DNA of 64,000 nt, from contig CAXHZO010000005.1 in NCBI GenBank assembly GCA_964022095.1, positions 32,001 to 96,000 on the forward strand. Reading direction: 5' to 3'. The stretch is from an uncultured Arcobacteraceae bacterium (GTDB taxonomy: Bacteria; Campylobacterota; Campylobacteria; Campylobacterales; Arcobacteraceae). Made by a program: the position numbers and the translations under genes. Under the pieces are notes generated by a model. The model did no database searches and had not been told where the DNA came from. It worked only from the letters and a program-made list of their open reading frames with translations. Of the stretch, positions 30,062 to 40,361 are shown piece after piece. Within the stretch, counting starts at the first letter, position 1, and every line of letters starts with the position of its first letter.

Positions 30062-31270
30062 ATGAATATTAATTTTAAAGAGTTAGCAAATAAATATCAA
30101 ACACCATACTATGTGTATGATTTTGACCATATTACAAATCAATATAATGAATTAAAAGGTGCATTTAAAGCAAGAAAATCTTTAATTGCATATGCTGTAA
30201 AAGCAAATTCAAATTTATCAGTTATTAAACACTTAGCTAGTTTAGGTGCAGGGGCTGATTGTGTAAGTATTGGTGAAGTAAGAAGAGCATTAAAAGTTGG
30301 AATTGCTCCTTATAAAATCATTTTCTCAGGTGTTGGAAAGATTGATTCAGAAATTAAAGAAGCTTTAGAACTTGGTATTTTAATGATAAATGTTGAGTCA
30401 GATGCAGAGTTAAATAGAGTTGAAACAATAGCAAAACAGTTAGATGTAGTAGCAAGAATATCAATTAGAGTTAATCCAAATATTGACCCTCAAACACATC
30501 CTTATATTTCAACTGGATTACATGAAAATAAATTTGGCGTTGATATTGATACAGCAAAAAGAATGTACATCCAATGTAAAAACTCTGATAATTTAGAGCC
30601 TCAAGGAATTCATTGTCATATTGGTTCTCAATTAACTCAATTAGAGCCTATTAAAGAGTCAATAAAAATTGTTGCAGATTTAGTTAGAAATTTAAAAGCA
30701 ATTAAAATTGAGTTATCGTTTATTGATGTTGGTGGAGGACTTGGTATTGTTTATGATGATGAAAAACTTATTGATACAAATGAGTACGCACAATCTATTT
30801 TAGAAAATATGTTTGGTTTAGATATTACAGTAGTTTGTGAGCCAGGAAGATTCTTAGTAGGAAATTCTGGAGTATTTGTAAGTAAAGTTTTATATGAAAA
30901 AGTAAATGGAAACAAAAGATTTGTTATTGTTGATGGAGCTATGAATGACTTAATTAGACCGTCATTATATGATGCATATCACAAAATCGAAGTACTAAAT
31001 GATAACAAAGATATAAGTGACTGTAATTTAGTTGGGCCTGTTTGTGAAAGTGGTGACTTCTTTGCAAAAAACATTGAACTTCCTAAAACTGAGCATAATG
31101 ATTTAGTTGCTGTTTACAGTGCTGGTGCATACTGTTTTACAATGGCAAGTAACTATAATACAAGAGGGAAAGTAGCAGAAATTGCTTATGAAGATGGAAA
31201 AGATAGATTAATTAGAAAAAGAGAAAACTTTGAAGATTTAATCGCTTTAGAAGAAGAATTTATAAAATAA
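30062..31270 (+). CDS. lysA: diaminopimelate decarboxylase
   Basis: YAVKANS, HCHIGSQ, EPGR, GPVCESGD, MASNYN. Confidence 0.96.
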   Translation: MNINFKELANKYQTPYYVYDFDHITNQYNELKGAFKARKSLIAYAVKANSNLSVIKHLASLGAGADCVSIGEVRRALKVGIAPYKIIFSGVGKIDSEIKEALELGILMINVESDAELNRVETIAKQLDVVARISIRVNPNIDPQTHPYISTGLHENKFGVDIDTAKRMYIQCKNSDNLEPQGIHCHIGSQLTQLEPIKESIKIVADLVRNLKAIKIELSFIDVGGGLGIVYDDEKLIDTNEYAQSILENMFGLDITVVCEPGRFLVGNSGVFVSKVLYEKVNGNKRFVIVDGAMNDLIRPSLYDAYHKIEVLNDNKDISDCNLVGPVCESGDFFAKNIELPKTEHNDLVAVYSAGAYCFTMASNYNTRGKVAEIAYEDGKDRLIRKRENFEDLIALEEEFIK

Positions 31271-31283
31271 TTAAAGGCATTTA

Positions 31284-32360
31284 ATGAGTGAAGATGGATT
31301 ATTAGATCTTAGAAATAAGCTTGACAGTATTGATAATGAATTATTACAATTAATTAATGAAAGAATGCAAATTGTTCATCAAGTAGGTGCACTTAAAGCA
31401 AAAAGTGGTGGTGCTATTTATAGACCTGAGCGAGAAAAAGCTATTATTGATAGACTTGAGAAATTAAACCAAGATAATAATGGCTCACTAAATAGAAGTG
31501 CAATTGAAGCACTTTTTTTAGAAATATTTGCAATTTCTAGAAATATAGAATTACCTGAAAATGTTGCATACTTAGGACCTGAAGGAAGCTTTACACATCA
31601 AGCTGCTGAAGGTAGATTTGGGGCAATGAGTTCATATATTTCAGTTGCTTCTATTAAAGGAATATTTAGAGAAGTAAGTACAAAAAAAGCGAGATTTGGA
31701 GTGGTTCCTATTGAGAACTCTTCAAATGGAATTGTTACAGATACAATTAATTGTTTAAGTAAATACAATCTAAAAATTATTGCTGAAGTAGTACTTGATA
31801 TTCATCATACTTTAGCAACTAACTGTGATAAAATCTCTGATATTAAAAGAATTTACTCAAAAGATATTGCTTTTGAACAGTGTAGAAAGTTTTTAGGAAA
31901 TGTTGGATTAGATGAAGTTGAGCAAATTCCAATTGAATCTACAACAAAAGCTGCGAAAATAGCAGTAAAAGAAGAAGGAAGTGCAGCCATTTGTCCTCAT
32001 GTAGGTGCAAAACTACACAATCTTCCAATTTTATTTGAAAATATTGAAGATACAGATAACAATAAAACAAGATTTTTTATAATTAGTGATTTTGAAAATG
32101 CTCAAAGTGGAAATGATAAAACATCAATTTTAGTTACATTCCCAGATAAACAGGGTGCTTTATTTGATTTCTTAAAAGATTTCAATGAAGCTGGAATTAA
32201 CTTGACAAAAATTAAATCACATATTGTTGAAGGTCATTCTATTTTCTTTATTGATTTTGATGGCCATAAAAATGATGAAAATGTTAAAAATGTCCTACTA
32301 AAACACAGTGAAAGTGTTAAAGTATTAGGATCATATGTAAAAGAAATAAATGATATTTAG
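31284..32360 (+). CDS. pheA: chorismate mutase / prephenate dehydratase
   Basis: N-terminal CM domain (LRNKLDSID, RPERE), YLGPEGSFT, PIENSSNG, NKTRF, ACT domain. Confidence 0.95.
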   Translation: MSEDGLLDLRNKLDSIDNELLQLINERMQIVHQVGALKAKSGGAIYRPEREKAIIDRLEKLNQDNNGSLNRSAIEALFLEIFAISRNIELPENVAYLGPEGSFTHQAAEGRFGAMSSYISVASIKGIFREVSTKKARFGVVPIENSSNGIVTDTINCLSKYNLKIIAEVVLDIHHTLATNCDKISDIKRIYSKDIAFEQCRKFLGNVGLDEVEQIPIESTTKAAKIAVKEEGSAAICPHVGAKLHNLPILFENIEDTDNNKTRFFIISDFENAQSGNDKTSILVTFPDKQGALFDFLKDFNEAGINLTKIKSHIVEGHSIFFIDFDGHKNDENVKNVLLKHSESVKVLGSYVKEINDI

Positions 32361-32369
32361 GAAAAATAG

Positions 32370-33476
32370 ATGAAATTTAATGAAGTTTTAGAAAATGTTA
32401 CAACATATGAAGCTGGAAAACCAATTGAACTTGTTGTAAGAGAATATGGAGTAAATCCAAAAGATATTATAAAATTAGCTTCAAATGAGAATCCTTATGG
32501 AACATCTCCAAAGGTTACTTCAAAAATTAAAGAGATTGCAGGAAATATGTTTATTTATCCTGATGATTCAATGTACGAATTAAAAGAAGCACTTGCAAAT
32601 AAATTTGAAGTAGAAAGCCAAAATGTAATAATTGGTTCTGGAAGTGATCAGATATTAGAGTTTTGTGTTCATGCAAAATGTGATAGTTCTTCAAAAATTC
32701 TTATGGCAAAAACTACATTTGCTATGTATGAAATTTATGGAAAACAAACAGGTTCACAAATAATTAAAACACAATCTGATACTCATAATTTAGAGCAATT
32801 CTCAGCTTTATATAAAGAGCATGGAGCAGATGTTATTTTCTTATGTTTACCAAATAATCCATTAGGTGAATGTTTAAATAAAGACGATGTATATAAATTT
32901 TTAGAAACAATTGATAGTGAAACACTAGTAGTTGTTGATGGAGCTTATCAAGAGTATGCTTCATATAAAGATGAAAAGAAAAAAATTGTACCAAAAGATT
33001 TAATTGAAAAATTTCCTAATACTATTTATTTAGGAACATTTTCAAAGGCATATGCACTTGGTGGAATGAGAGTTGGATACGGTATTGGCCAAGCTGATGT
33101 TATAAAGACTTTATATAAATTAAGAGCTCCATTTAATATCACAACTTTAACTTTAGCCGCAGCAATTGAAGCTTTAAAAGATGAAGAGTTTGTAAATGAT
33201 TGTATATCTAAAAACTTTGAAGAGATGAAAAGATATGAACAGTATGCAAAAGATAAAGGGTTTGGATATATTGATTCATATACAAACTTTATTACAATAA
33301 AATTTGAAGATAAGTTTATATCAAAAGAAGTTGCTCAAGAGTTACTTCAAAGAGGTGTAATTGTAAGAGATTTAACTGGATATGGAGTAAATGCAATTAG
33401 AATTACAATTGGTAGTACTGAACAAAATACAAAAGTATTCGAACAACTAGATACTGTATTAGAAAAATTGAAATAA
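32370..33476 (+). CDS. hisC: histidinol-phosphate aminotransferase
   Basis: [33 protein letters not shown]. Confidence 0.95.
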   Translation: MKFNEVLENVTTYEAGKPIELVVREYGVNPKDIIKLASNENPYGTSPKVTSKIKEIAGNMFIYPDDSMYELKEALANKFEVESQNVIIGSGSDQILEFCVHAKCDSSSKILMAKTTFAMYEIYGKQTGSQIIKTQSDTHNLEQFSALYKEHGADVIFLCLPNNPLGECLNKDDVYKFLETIDSETLVVVDGAYQEYASYKDEKKKIVPKDLIEKFPNTIYLGTFSKAYALGGMRVGYGIGQADVIKTLYKLRAPFNITTLTLAAAIEALKDEEFVNDCISKNFEEMKRYEQYAKDKGFGYIDSYTNFITIKFEDKFISKEVAQELLQRGVIVRDLTGYGVNAIRITIGSTEQNTKVFEQLDTVLEKLK

Positions 33477-33485
33477 AGAATTAAT

Positions 33486-35297
33486 ATGCAAATAGATGTA
33501 AAAGGCAAATCTCAAAAAGAATTAGAACAACTTTCACAAGATATTAGAAATAGAATCATTGATGTTGTATCAAGAAAAGGTGGTCACTTTTCTTCGACAT
33601 TAGGTGCAGTTGAACTAACTATTGGTATGCATTATGTATTTGATGCATACAAAGACCCTTTTATATTTGATGTATCTCACCAATGTTATCCACATAAATT
33701 ATTAACTGGAAGATGGGAAGAGTTTGAATCAATAAGACAGTTTAATGGCTTAAGTGGATTTACAAAACCAAATGAAAGTGATGCTGATTATTTTGTAGCA
33801 GGGCATAGTTCTACTTCTATTTCACTTGCTGTAGGAGCTGCTAAATCAATTAGACTTAAAAAAGAAGATAGAACACCTGTTGTTATGATAGGTGATGGTT
33901 CTATGACTGCCGGAATGGTTTATGAAGCTTTAAATGAACTTGGAGATATTAAATTTCCAGTTGTAATTATTTTAAATGATAATGAAATGTCAATTGCAAA
34001 ACCAATTGGAGCAATTTCAAAATATTTATCAAAAATACTTGCTGGAAAATCATACCAAAGTTTTAAAGGTAAAGTTGATAAATTTATTAAAAATAACATG
34101 CCAGAGGGTACTACATACATAGCTAAAAGAATGGAAGAAGCTATGAAACTAATCACTCCTGGAATTTTATTTGAAGAGATGGGAATTGATTATATTGGTC
34201 CTATTGATGGACATGACATTGAAGAGGTTATTGATACATTAGAGATTGCAAAATCTATGAATAAGCCAGTAATTGTTCATGCAAGAACTGTAAAAGGTAA
34301 AGGTTATAAAATTGCTGAAGGTCAACATGAGTGTTGGCATGGAGTAGGACCTTTTAATGTTGAAGATGGCGCTTTTGTAAAAAAAGTTGCTCCTAAAGCA
34401 GCAACAGCAGTATATGCAGATGCTTTAATAAGTTTAGCTTGTAAATATGACAATGTTGTTGGAGTAACAGCAGCAATGCCAAGTGGTACAGGAATAAATA
34501 AACTTATGGATAAGTTTCCTGATAGATTCTGGGATGTTGCAATCGCAGAGCAACATGCGGTAACTTCAATGGCAGCTATGGCTAAAGAGGGTTTTAAACC
34601 CTTTATTACACTATATTCTACATTTTTACAAAGAGGTTTTGACCAAATTATCCATGATGTATGTATTATGGATTTACCAGTTGTATTTGCAATGGATAGA
34701 GCAGGAATTGTAGGAAATGATGGAGAAACTCACCAAGGTGCATTTGATATTTCATATCTAAGGTTTATTCCAAATATGATTTTATTTGCACCAAGAGACG
34801 ATGAAACTTTAGAATTAGCTTTAGAGTTTGCATACACTTTAACAAGTCCAAGTGCAATTAGATATCCAAGAGGTGCATTTGCACAACTTGAGTTTGAATC
34901 AACACAGTTTACTTTAGGGAAAGCAGAACTTTTAAAAGAAGGTAGTAGTAATAAACTATTTATTGGATATGGAGCAGGTGTTAGTAGAGCCATACAAACT
35001 CAAGAGCTTCATGATGAAGATATAGCAATACTTGATTTAAGGTTTGTAAAACCAATTGATAAAGAGTGTTTAGTGCAGTTATCTAAGAAGTATGATAATT
35101 GGTATGTATTTAGTGATTCACAAAAACAAAGTGGTGTAGGAAGTGCAATTTTAGAAGCTTTAAATGAAGAGAATATTCATAATATAAGCTTGACTTCATT
35201 TGAGTATGAAGATGCCTTTATAGATCATGGTGATACAAAAATAGTAGAGGAATCTTTAGGCTTACATCCTGAACAATTAGTTAAAAGAGTAATCTAG
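33486..35297 (+). CDS. dxs: 1-deoxy-D-xylulose-5-phosphate synthase
   Basis: GGHFSS, DVSHQ, GHSSTSIS, GDGS...ND, IAEQHA, DGETHQG. Confidence 0.97.
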   Translation: MQIDVKGKSQKELEQLSQDIRNRIIDVVSRKGGHFSSTLGAVELTIGMHYVFDAYKDPFIFDVSHQCYPHKLLTGRWEEFESIRQFNGLSGFTKPNESDADYFVAGHSSTSISLAVGAAKSIRLKKEDRTPVVMIGDGSMTAGMVYEALNELGDIKFPVVIILNDNEMSIAKPIGAISKYLSKILAGKSYQSFKGKVDKFIKNNMPEGTTYIAKRMEEAMKLITPGILFEEMGIDYIGPIDGHDIEEVIDTLEIAKSMNKPVIVHARTVKGKGYKIAEGQHECWHGVGPFNVEDGAFVKKVAPKAATAVYADALISLACKYDNVVGVTAAMPSGTGINKLMDKFPDRFWDVAIAEQHAVTSMAAMAKEGFKPFITLYSTFLQRGFDQIIHDVCIMDLPVVFAMDRAGIVGNDGETHQGAFDISYLRFIPNMILFAPRDDETLELALEFAYTLTSPSAIRYPRGAFAQLEFESTQFTLGKAELLKEGSSNKLFIGYGAGVSRAIQTQELHDEDIAILDLRFVKPIDKECLVQLSKKYDNWYVFSDSQKQSGVGSAILEALNEENIHNISLTSFEYEDAFIDHGDTKIVEESLGLHPEQLVKRVI

Positions 35298-35764
35298 TGA
35301 ATACCTTTACAAAATTACTACAAAACTCTTCAAAAGAAGAGATATTATCTATTTTAGATAAAAAACTTAAAAATAGTGATGAACCAGATTTTTGGAAAGA
35401 AAAAGTTGTGCCATATACAAATGCAATACTTTCTGTATTGTTCCCATTAAAGCAACAAAACTTATTATTTAATCCAGAAGGTAAAAAAGTAGATAAATTA
35501 GATAGCGAACTATTTTTTAGATGGGCTGATTTAGTTTGCTTAAGAACTTTGGCTTTTATAATAGAGCAAAGTAATGAAAAAAAACAATTACTTAGAACAG
35601 AGTATGAAAATGTAACTTATGAAACTATCGATTTAGAAGAATTAGGAAGTTACTTAGCTTCTAATAGAATTAATTTGATTGATGAAGATAACTTGGATTT
35701 TCCTATGGCTACATATAATTTTCATACAGCAATAATTACCATAATTAAAAAACTTCTCAACTAA
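35297..35764 (+). CDS. hypothetical protein
   Basis: 155-aa ORF coupled to dxs stop. Confidence 0.75.
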   Translation: MNTFTKLLQNSSKEEILSILDKKLKNSDEPDFWKEKVVPYTNAILSVLFPLKQQNLLFNPEGKKVDKLDSELFFRWADLVCLRTLAFIIEQSNEKKQLLRTEYENVTYETIDLEELGSYLASNRINLIDEDNLDFPMATYNFHTAIITIIKKLLN

Positions 35765-35958
35765 TTATAATTAAAAATTATATTTTATTTAAGATAAAAG
35801 TTATCCTATTAAAATCCCAAAAAATCGTATTTAAGATATTTATAGTCCTATTAATTATAACTTTTACTTATTAATAAATATAAAATATCAACAAAAATTA
35901 ATTTTTCTTTAATAATCTTTATCCTAAACTATATATAGATACAAATAAAGGAGAATGT

Positions 35959-36984
35959 ATGAAATTAGTAGTTTCGTTAGCAGTATGTATAATAGGTGCA
36001 AGTTCAATGTTTGCAAATTCTTCATTAATTCAAAAAGCAAAAAATAGTGGATTAGAAGCAATTCCATCTTCAAAAGAAGGAATTATGAAATTAATTGATG
36101 ATAAAAATGATCCAATAACAAAAGAGAAAGTTGAGTTAGGTAAGAAGTTATATTTTGATCCTAGAATTTCAAAAAGTGGACTTATTTCTTGTAATACATG
36201 TCATAATTTAGGTTTAGGTGGTGCAGATGGAATTCCTGCAGCTATTGGTCATGGTTGGACAGTAAATCCACATCATTTAAACTCGCCTACTGTATATAAT
36301 TCAGTATTTTTTAAAGCACAGTTTTGGGATGGAAGAAGCCCTCACTTAGCAGATCAAGCCCAAGGTCCAGTTCAAGCAGGTCCAGAAATGGCTGCACCTC
36401 CAAAATTAGTTGAAGATAGAATTAACTCAATTGCTGAATATGTAACTGAGTTTAAAGGTGCATATGGGAATGATGTAAAAATTGATTTTGAAAAAATTAC
36501 TGCTACTATTGCAACATTTGAAAAAACTTTAGTTACTCCATCAAGATTTGATAAGTTTTTAAATGGTGATGAAAATGCATTAAGTAAAGAAGAAAAAGAT
36601 GGATTAGTAACATTTATTGATAAAGGATGTACTGCATGTCATTCAGGTATTGCATTAGGTGGAACAATGCAGCCATTTGAAATAGCTGCAAAATATAAAT
36701 TTACAGATGTAGGTGATTTTAAAGGTGATAAAAATGGAATGGTAAAAACTCCGACACTTAGAAATATCACAGAAACAGCACCATATTTTCACAATGGTCA
36801 AATCTGGTCATTAAGCAAAGCAGTAAAAGAGATGGGTTCTACTCAATTAGGAATTGAGATTAATGATAGTGATGCAGCTAAGATAGTAACTTTCTTAAAA
36901 GCATTAAAAGGTGATAAGCCTGAAATTATCTATCCTCAATTACCTGAGTCTTCGATCACTACTCCAAAACCATCAGCTAAATAG
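35959..36984 (+). CDS. di-haem cytochrome c peroxidase
   Basis: Signal peptide, SCNTCH and GCTACH haem motifs, QFWDGR, PTLRNI..TAPYFHNG. Confidence 0.95.
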   Translation: MKLVVSLAVCIIGASSMFANSSLIQKAKNSGLEAIPSSKEGIMKLIDDKNDPITKEKVELGKKLYFDPRISKSGLISCNTCHNLGLGGADGIPAAIGHGWTVNPHHLNSPTVYNSVFFKAQFWDGRSPHLADQAQGPVQAGPEMAAPPKLVEDRINSIAEYVTEFKGAYGNDVKIDFEKITATIATFEKTLVTPSRFDKFLNGDENALSKEEKDGLVTFIDKGCTACHSGIALGGTMQPFEIAAKYKFTDVGDFKGDKNGMVKTPTLRNITETAPYFHNGQIWSLSKAVKEMGSTQLGIEINDSDAAKIVTFLKALKGDKPEIIYPQLPESSITTPKPSAK

Positions 36985-36986
36985 TA

Positions 36987-37013
36987 AATCTAAGAGGATA
37001 TTCCTCTTAGATT
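36987..37013. terminator. hairpin after peroxidase gene
   Basis: AATCTAAGAGGA-TAT-TCCTCTTAGATT perfect inverted repeat. Confidence 0.65.
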
Positions 37014-37055
37014 AATATCATTTTAATTTTCTAATATAAATAAAAAGGTAGAATT

Positions 37056-38159
37056 TTGGATATGAATAAATCAAATTTAAAACGAGAAAAAGCAAAAGCT
37101 GCAATAGTAAATCTATTTATAGGTGATGCTTTATCAATGCCTGTTCACTGGTTTTATAACCGCTTTGATATTTTAAAAGCTTTTCCACCTTCTGGAATTA
37201 CAAAAATGCAAGCTGCTCCTTTTTTTCATCCAAGTTCAATAATGAATTTGCACTCTACTAAAAGTGGTGGAAGAAAAAATGAGAAAAATATATCGCAAAA
37301 AGAAGTGGTAGGTGATGTTATACTTAAAGGTAAGAGTCATTTATGGGGAAAAGCTAATATTCATTATCATCATGAAATGAAAGCAGGTGAGAATACTTTA
37401 AATGCTTGGTGCGCTAAATGGCTTATGGAAAGTTTAGTAAAACAAGAGGAATACAATTGTAAAGATTGGGCAGAAGAGTATATTGATTTGATGACCTCTT
37501 CAACACCCAAGCATCCAGATACTTACGCTGAGAGTTATCATAGAGAGTTTTTTGCTAATTACTCAAATGGTAAAGAGGTATTAAAATGTGGTGGCGTAAC
37601 TCATGATACTCCTTCAATGGGAGCACTTGTTAGTGTAGGTGTTTTGGCATTGAGCTTGTTTTCTTTTAAATCTTTAGATGAAGTAATTAAAACTTGTCAA
37701 GAACATGTATTTTTAACTCATCCTGATGAAGGCCTAATGTATGTAGTAAAAAGCTATGTTATTTTATTGCATAACTTGCTTAATAATGATTCAGATTTAG
37801 TAATACTTAATGAAATAAATACGGCAGCAAGTGTAATTCCTAAAACTAAAATATTTAAACTAATAAGCCAAAATAAAGAAGATTCTTATGTTTTAGGACA
37901 AAAATATTCACTTGCATGTTATATTACAGATTCTTGGCCAAGTGTTTGTTATTTGGCATGTAAATATTATAAAGATCCTAAAAAAGCTCTACTTATTAAT
38001 ACAAACCTAGGTGGAGAAAATGCTCATAGAGGTTCGGTTTTAGGAACTATAGTTGGTTTAGCCTCAAATAAATTTGATGAAGATTTATATAAGAGCTTAG
38101 AACAACACAAGAACTTAGAGTTATTAATCAATCAATGGCTTGATAAGTTTTATCCATAA
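37056..38159 (+). CDS. ADP-ribosylglycohydrolase-family protein
   Basis: GDALSMPVHW, AGENTLN, LTH, NTNLGGENAHRGSVLG. Confidence 0.82.
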   Translation: MDMNKSNLKREKAKAAIVNLFIGDALSMPVHWFYNRFDILKAFPPSGITKMQAAPFFHPSSIMNLHSTKSGGRKNEKNISQKEVVGDVILKGKSHLWGKANIHYHHEMKAGENTLNAWCAKWLMESLVKQEEYNCKDWAEEYIDLMTSSTPKHPDTYAESYHREFFANYSNGKEVLKCGGVTHDTPSMGALVSVGVLALSLFSFKSLDEVIKTCQEHVFLTHPDEGLMYVVKSYVILLHNLLNNDSDLVILNEINTAASVIPKTKIFKLISQNKEDSYVLGQKYSLACYITDSWPSVCYLACKYYKDPKKALLINTNLGGENAHRGSVLGTIVGLASNKFDEDLYKSLEQHKNLELLINQWLDKFYP

Positions 38160-38697
38160 AAACTTTTAATTTCTCAGCACAAAGGCCCATAGCTGTACTT
38201 TCATAACCTTTTACACTTTTGATATAAGGCTTACAAAAACCTTCAACCATAATCGCACCTGCTTTTCCAAAGCACTCACCTGATTTTATATAGTTTTCTA
38301 TATCATTATTTTCAAATTTTTCAAATAAATATGTAGTGATTGAAATATCAATTAGCTCTTTATTTTTTGATTTATAAATCATACAAGTAATAACTGAAGT
38401 TTCACTTCCACTTTGAAGTTTTAGCATTCTTCTTGCATCTTTTTCATCTTTTGCTTTTCTTAGAAGCTTGCCATTTGATGTAACAACACTATCTGAAACT
38501 AACAAAGGCATATCTTCAACACCATATTTTTTGTATAGTTCATCAAATTTTCCTTTTGTGGCCTCATAACAAAAGCTTTTTGGATCAGTTGTTTTTATAG
38601 AATCTTCATCAAAGTTACCACCATTTTGTATAAAGTTAATTCCAAATTGTGTTAATATTTTTGCTCTTGTTGATGAGTTTGAACCTAGTCTGATCAA
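38128..38697 (-). CDS. maf: Maf nucleoside-triphosphate pyrophosphatase
   Basis: LGSNSSTR, FDED, SDSVV, GKAGA, MGL. Confidence 0.92.
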   Translation of the reverse strand: MIRLGSNSSTRAKILTQFGINFIQNGGNFDEDSIKTTDPKSFCYEATKGKFDELYKKYGVEDMPLLVSDSVVTSNGKLLRKAKDEKDARRMLKLQSGSETSVITCMIYKSKNKELIDISITTYLFEKFENNDIENYIKSGECFGKAGAIMVEGFCKPYIKSVKGYESTAMGLCAEKLKVFMDKTYQAID

Positions 38698-38777
38698 GTT
38701 AAACCTTTTTTATTTAAATAATACTCTATTAGTATATAATAGAGCTTTAAAAATTGAATATTTTATAGGATTAAATA

Positions 38778-39728
38778 ATGAACATAGTTGTAATAGGTGT
38801 AGGTGGAATAGGTGCTTTTTATGGAATGATTTTACATGATGTAGGATGTAATGTAAAATTTATAGCTAGAGGGGAAAACTTAGAATATCTTAAAAACAAT
38901 AAAATGAAACTAAGTCATCCAAATTATACTATTGAAGATAAAATTGATACATATAATCTTGATGAGTTTATAACTAATCATAGGCCTGAATATATAGATG
39001 CCATATTAATTGCTACAAAGGGAATGAGTACAGAGCCTATCTCCCAAAAGCTTGCCTTATGGACTAAAAATGCAAATTCAATACCTTATTATATTTCACT
39101 TCAAAATGGTGTTGACAATGAAAATATTATGGAAGAGTATTATAATAAAGAGTATGTTATAGGTGGACTTACAAGACTTATTGTATCTCATACAGTAGGA
39201 CTTGGACATGTTCATTGTGAGGGAGGAGTTGAAACTTTAATAGGAGCAGTAAATCCAAATGAAGTAAATAGTAGATTTTTAGAAAACTTAAAAACTGTTT
39301 TAGATAAAACTCAAACAAGAACTATCATATGTGAAAACATAAAGTTAGAGCTTTGGAATAAACTTATAGTTAATAATGGTGTAAATGCAATATGTGCCTT
39401 ACTAGAAGAAGAATCAGGTCCTTTAATGAAAAATGAAAAAACTTCAAAACTTATCTATGGACTTATGAGTGAAGCAGCACTTGCTTCAAATGCTGCTGGA
39501 GTTAATCTTACTCAAGAAGATGCAGATAAAATGTTTGAACTTTATACAAAATTTCAGTCTGTAAAACCCTCTATGTGGCTTGATAAAGAGAATAATAGAG
39601 ATTTAGAATTAGAGCAAATTTGTGGTGTTGTTATAAAAAATTGTGAAAAACAAGGACTTGATGCTCCTTATACTAGAACTATTTCTACGCTTTTAGAGTT
39701 TACATACAATAGACAAAGAAATAAATAA
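38778..39728 (+). CDS. ketopantoate reductase (PanE/ApbA)-family protein, copy 1
   Basis: GVGGIG, LQNGV, WNKLIVN, KPSMWLD, ELE. Confidence 0.88.
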   Translation: MNIVVIGVGGIGAFYGMILHDVGCNVKFIARGENLEYLKNNKMKLSHPNYTIEDKIDTYNLDEFITNHRPEYIDAILIATKGMSTEPISQKLALWTKNANSIPYYISLQNGVDNENIMEEYYNKEYVIGGLTRLIVSHTVGLGHVHCEGGVETLIGAVNPNEVNSRFLENLKTVLDKTQTRTIICENIKLELWNKLIVNNGVNAICALLEEESGPLMKNEKTSKLIYGLMSEAALASNAAGVNLTQEDADKMFELYTKFQSVKPSMWLDKENNRDLELEQICGVVIKNCEKQGLDAPYTRTISTLLEFTYNRQRNK

Positions 39729-39808
39729 AACTAAAAATCGCAAAAAATCGCTTGATTTTTTAAGTTAGTATTTCATAGATATAATTAGTCATAAGAAAAA
39801 GGAATTTA

Positions 39809-40339
39809 ATGAATAAAACAGTTGTATATCAAGGTGTTGAGGGAGCATATTCTCATCTTGCAAGTAGTAAACTTTTTCTTAACTCAAAATTTATTGCATC
39901 TGATTCTTTTTTAGAATCAATGCAATTAGTAGAGCAAGGTAAGGCAGACTTTGGAGTAATCCCAATAGAAAACTCATCAGCTGGTAGAGTTGAAGATATT
40001 TATAGGCTTGTTTCTAAATATAATAGATGAGTATTTTTATCTAATAAAGCATATATAACATCTCTTATATTTAGTATGAGAAATATACCAGTAGCACTTT
40101 ATAAAGCTCTTGGTGCTTTTGCTACTAATGGAATAGATTTAATCAAAATAGAGAGTTATTCAGGTATTGGAAGTATGTATTCAACTCAGTTTCATGTGGA
40201 TTTATATGGTCATACGGATGAAAAAAGACTGCAATTAGCCCTTGATGAGCTGAGGTTTTTTGTGGAAGAATTGAAAGTTATTGGTGTTTATGAAAGGCAT
40301 GAGTATAGAGATAAAATGTGTGAGTTAAACCATTTATAA
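39809..40339 (+). pseudogene. prephenate dehydratase remnant (internal deletion and in-frame TGA)
   Basis: N-terminal YQGVEGAYSH..PIENSSAGRV joined almost directly to ACT domain RNIPVALYKALGAFATNG..KIESY; the two ORFs share a frame separated by TGA at 40028-40030; middle of the catalytic domain is missing. Confidence 0.8.
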
Positions 40340-40361
40340 AATGAAGCAATAGCTTCATTTT
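40338..40361. terminator. bidirectional terminator between convergent genes
   Basis: AAAATGAAGC-AATA-GCTTCATTTT. Confidence 0.65.

Noticed and set aside
40028-40030. Selenocysteine or read-through at the in-frame TGA of the PDT remnant
   Set aside because: The position is not a catalytic Cys, there is no SECIS-like hairpin, and read-through would still give a protein missing much of its catalytic domain
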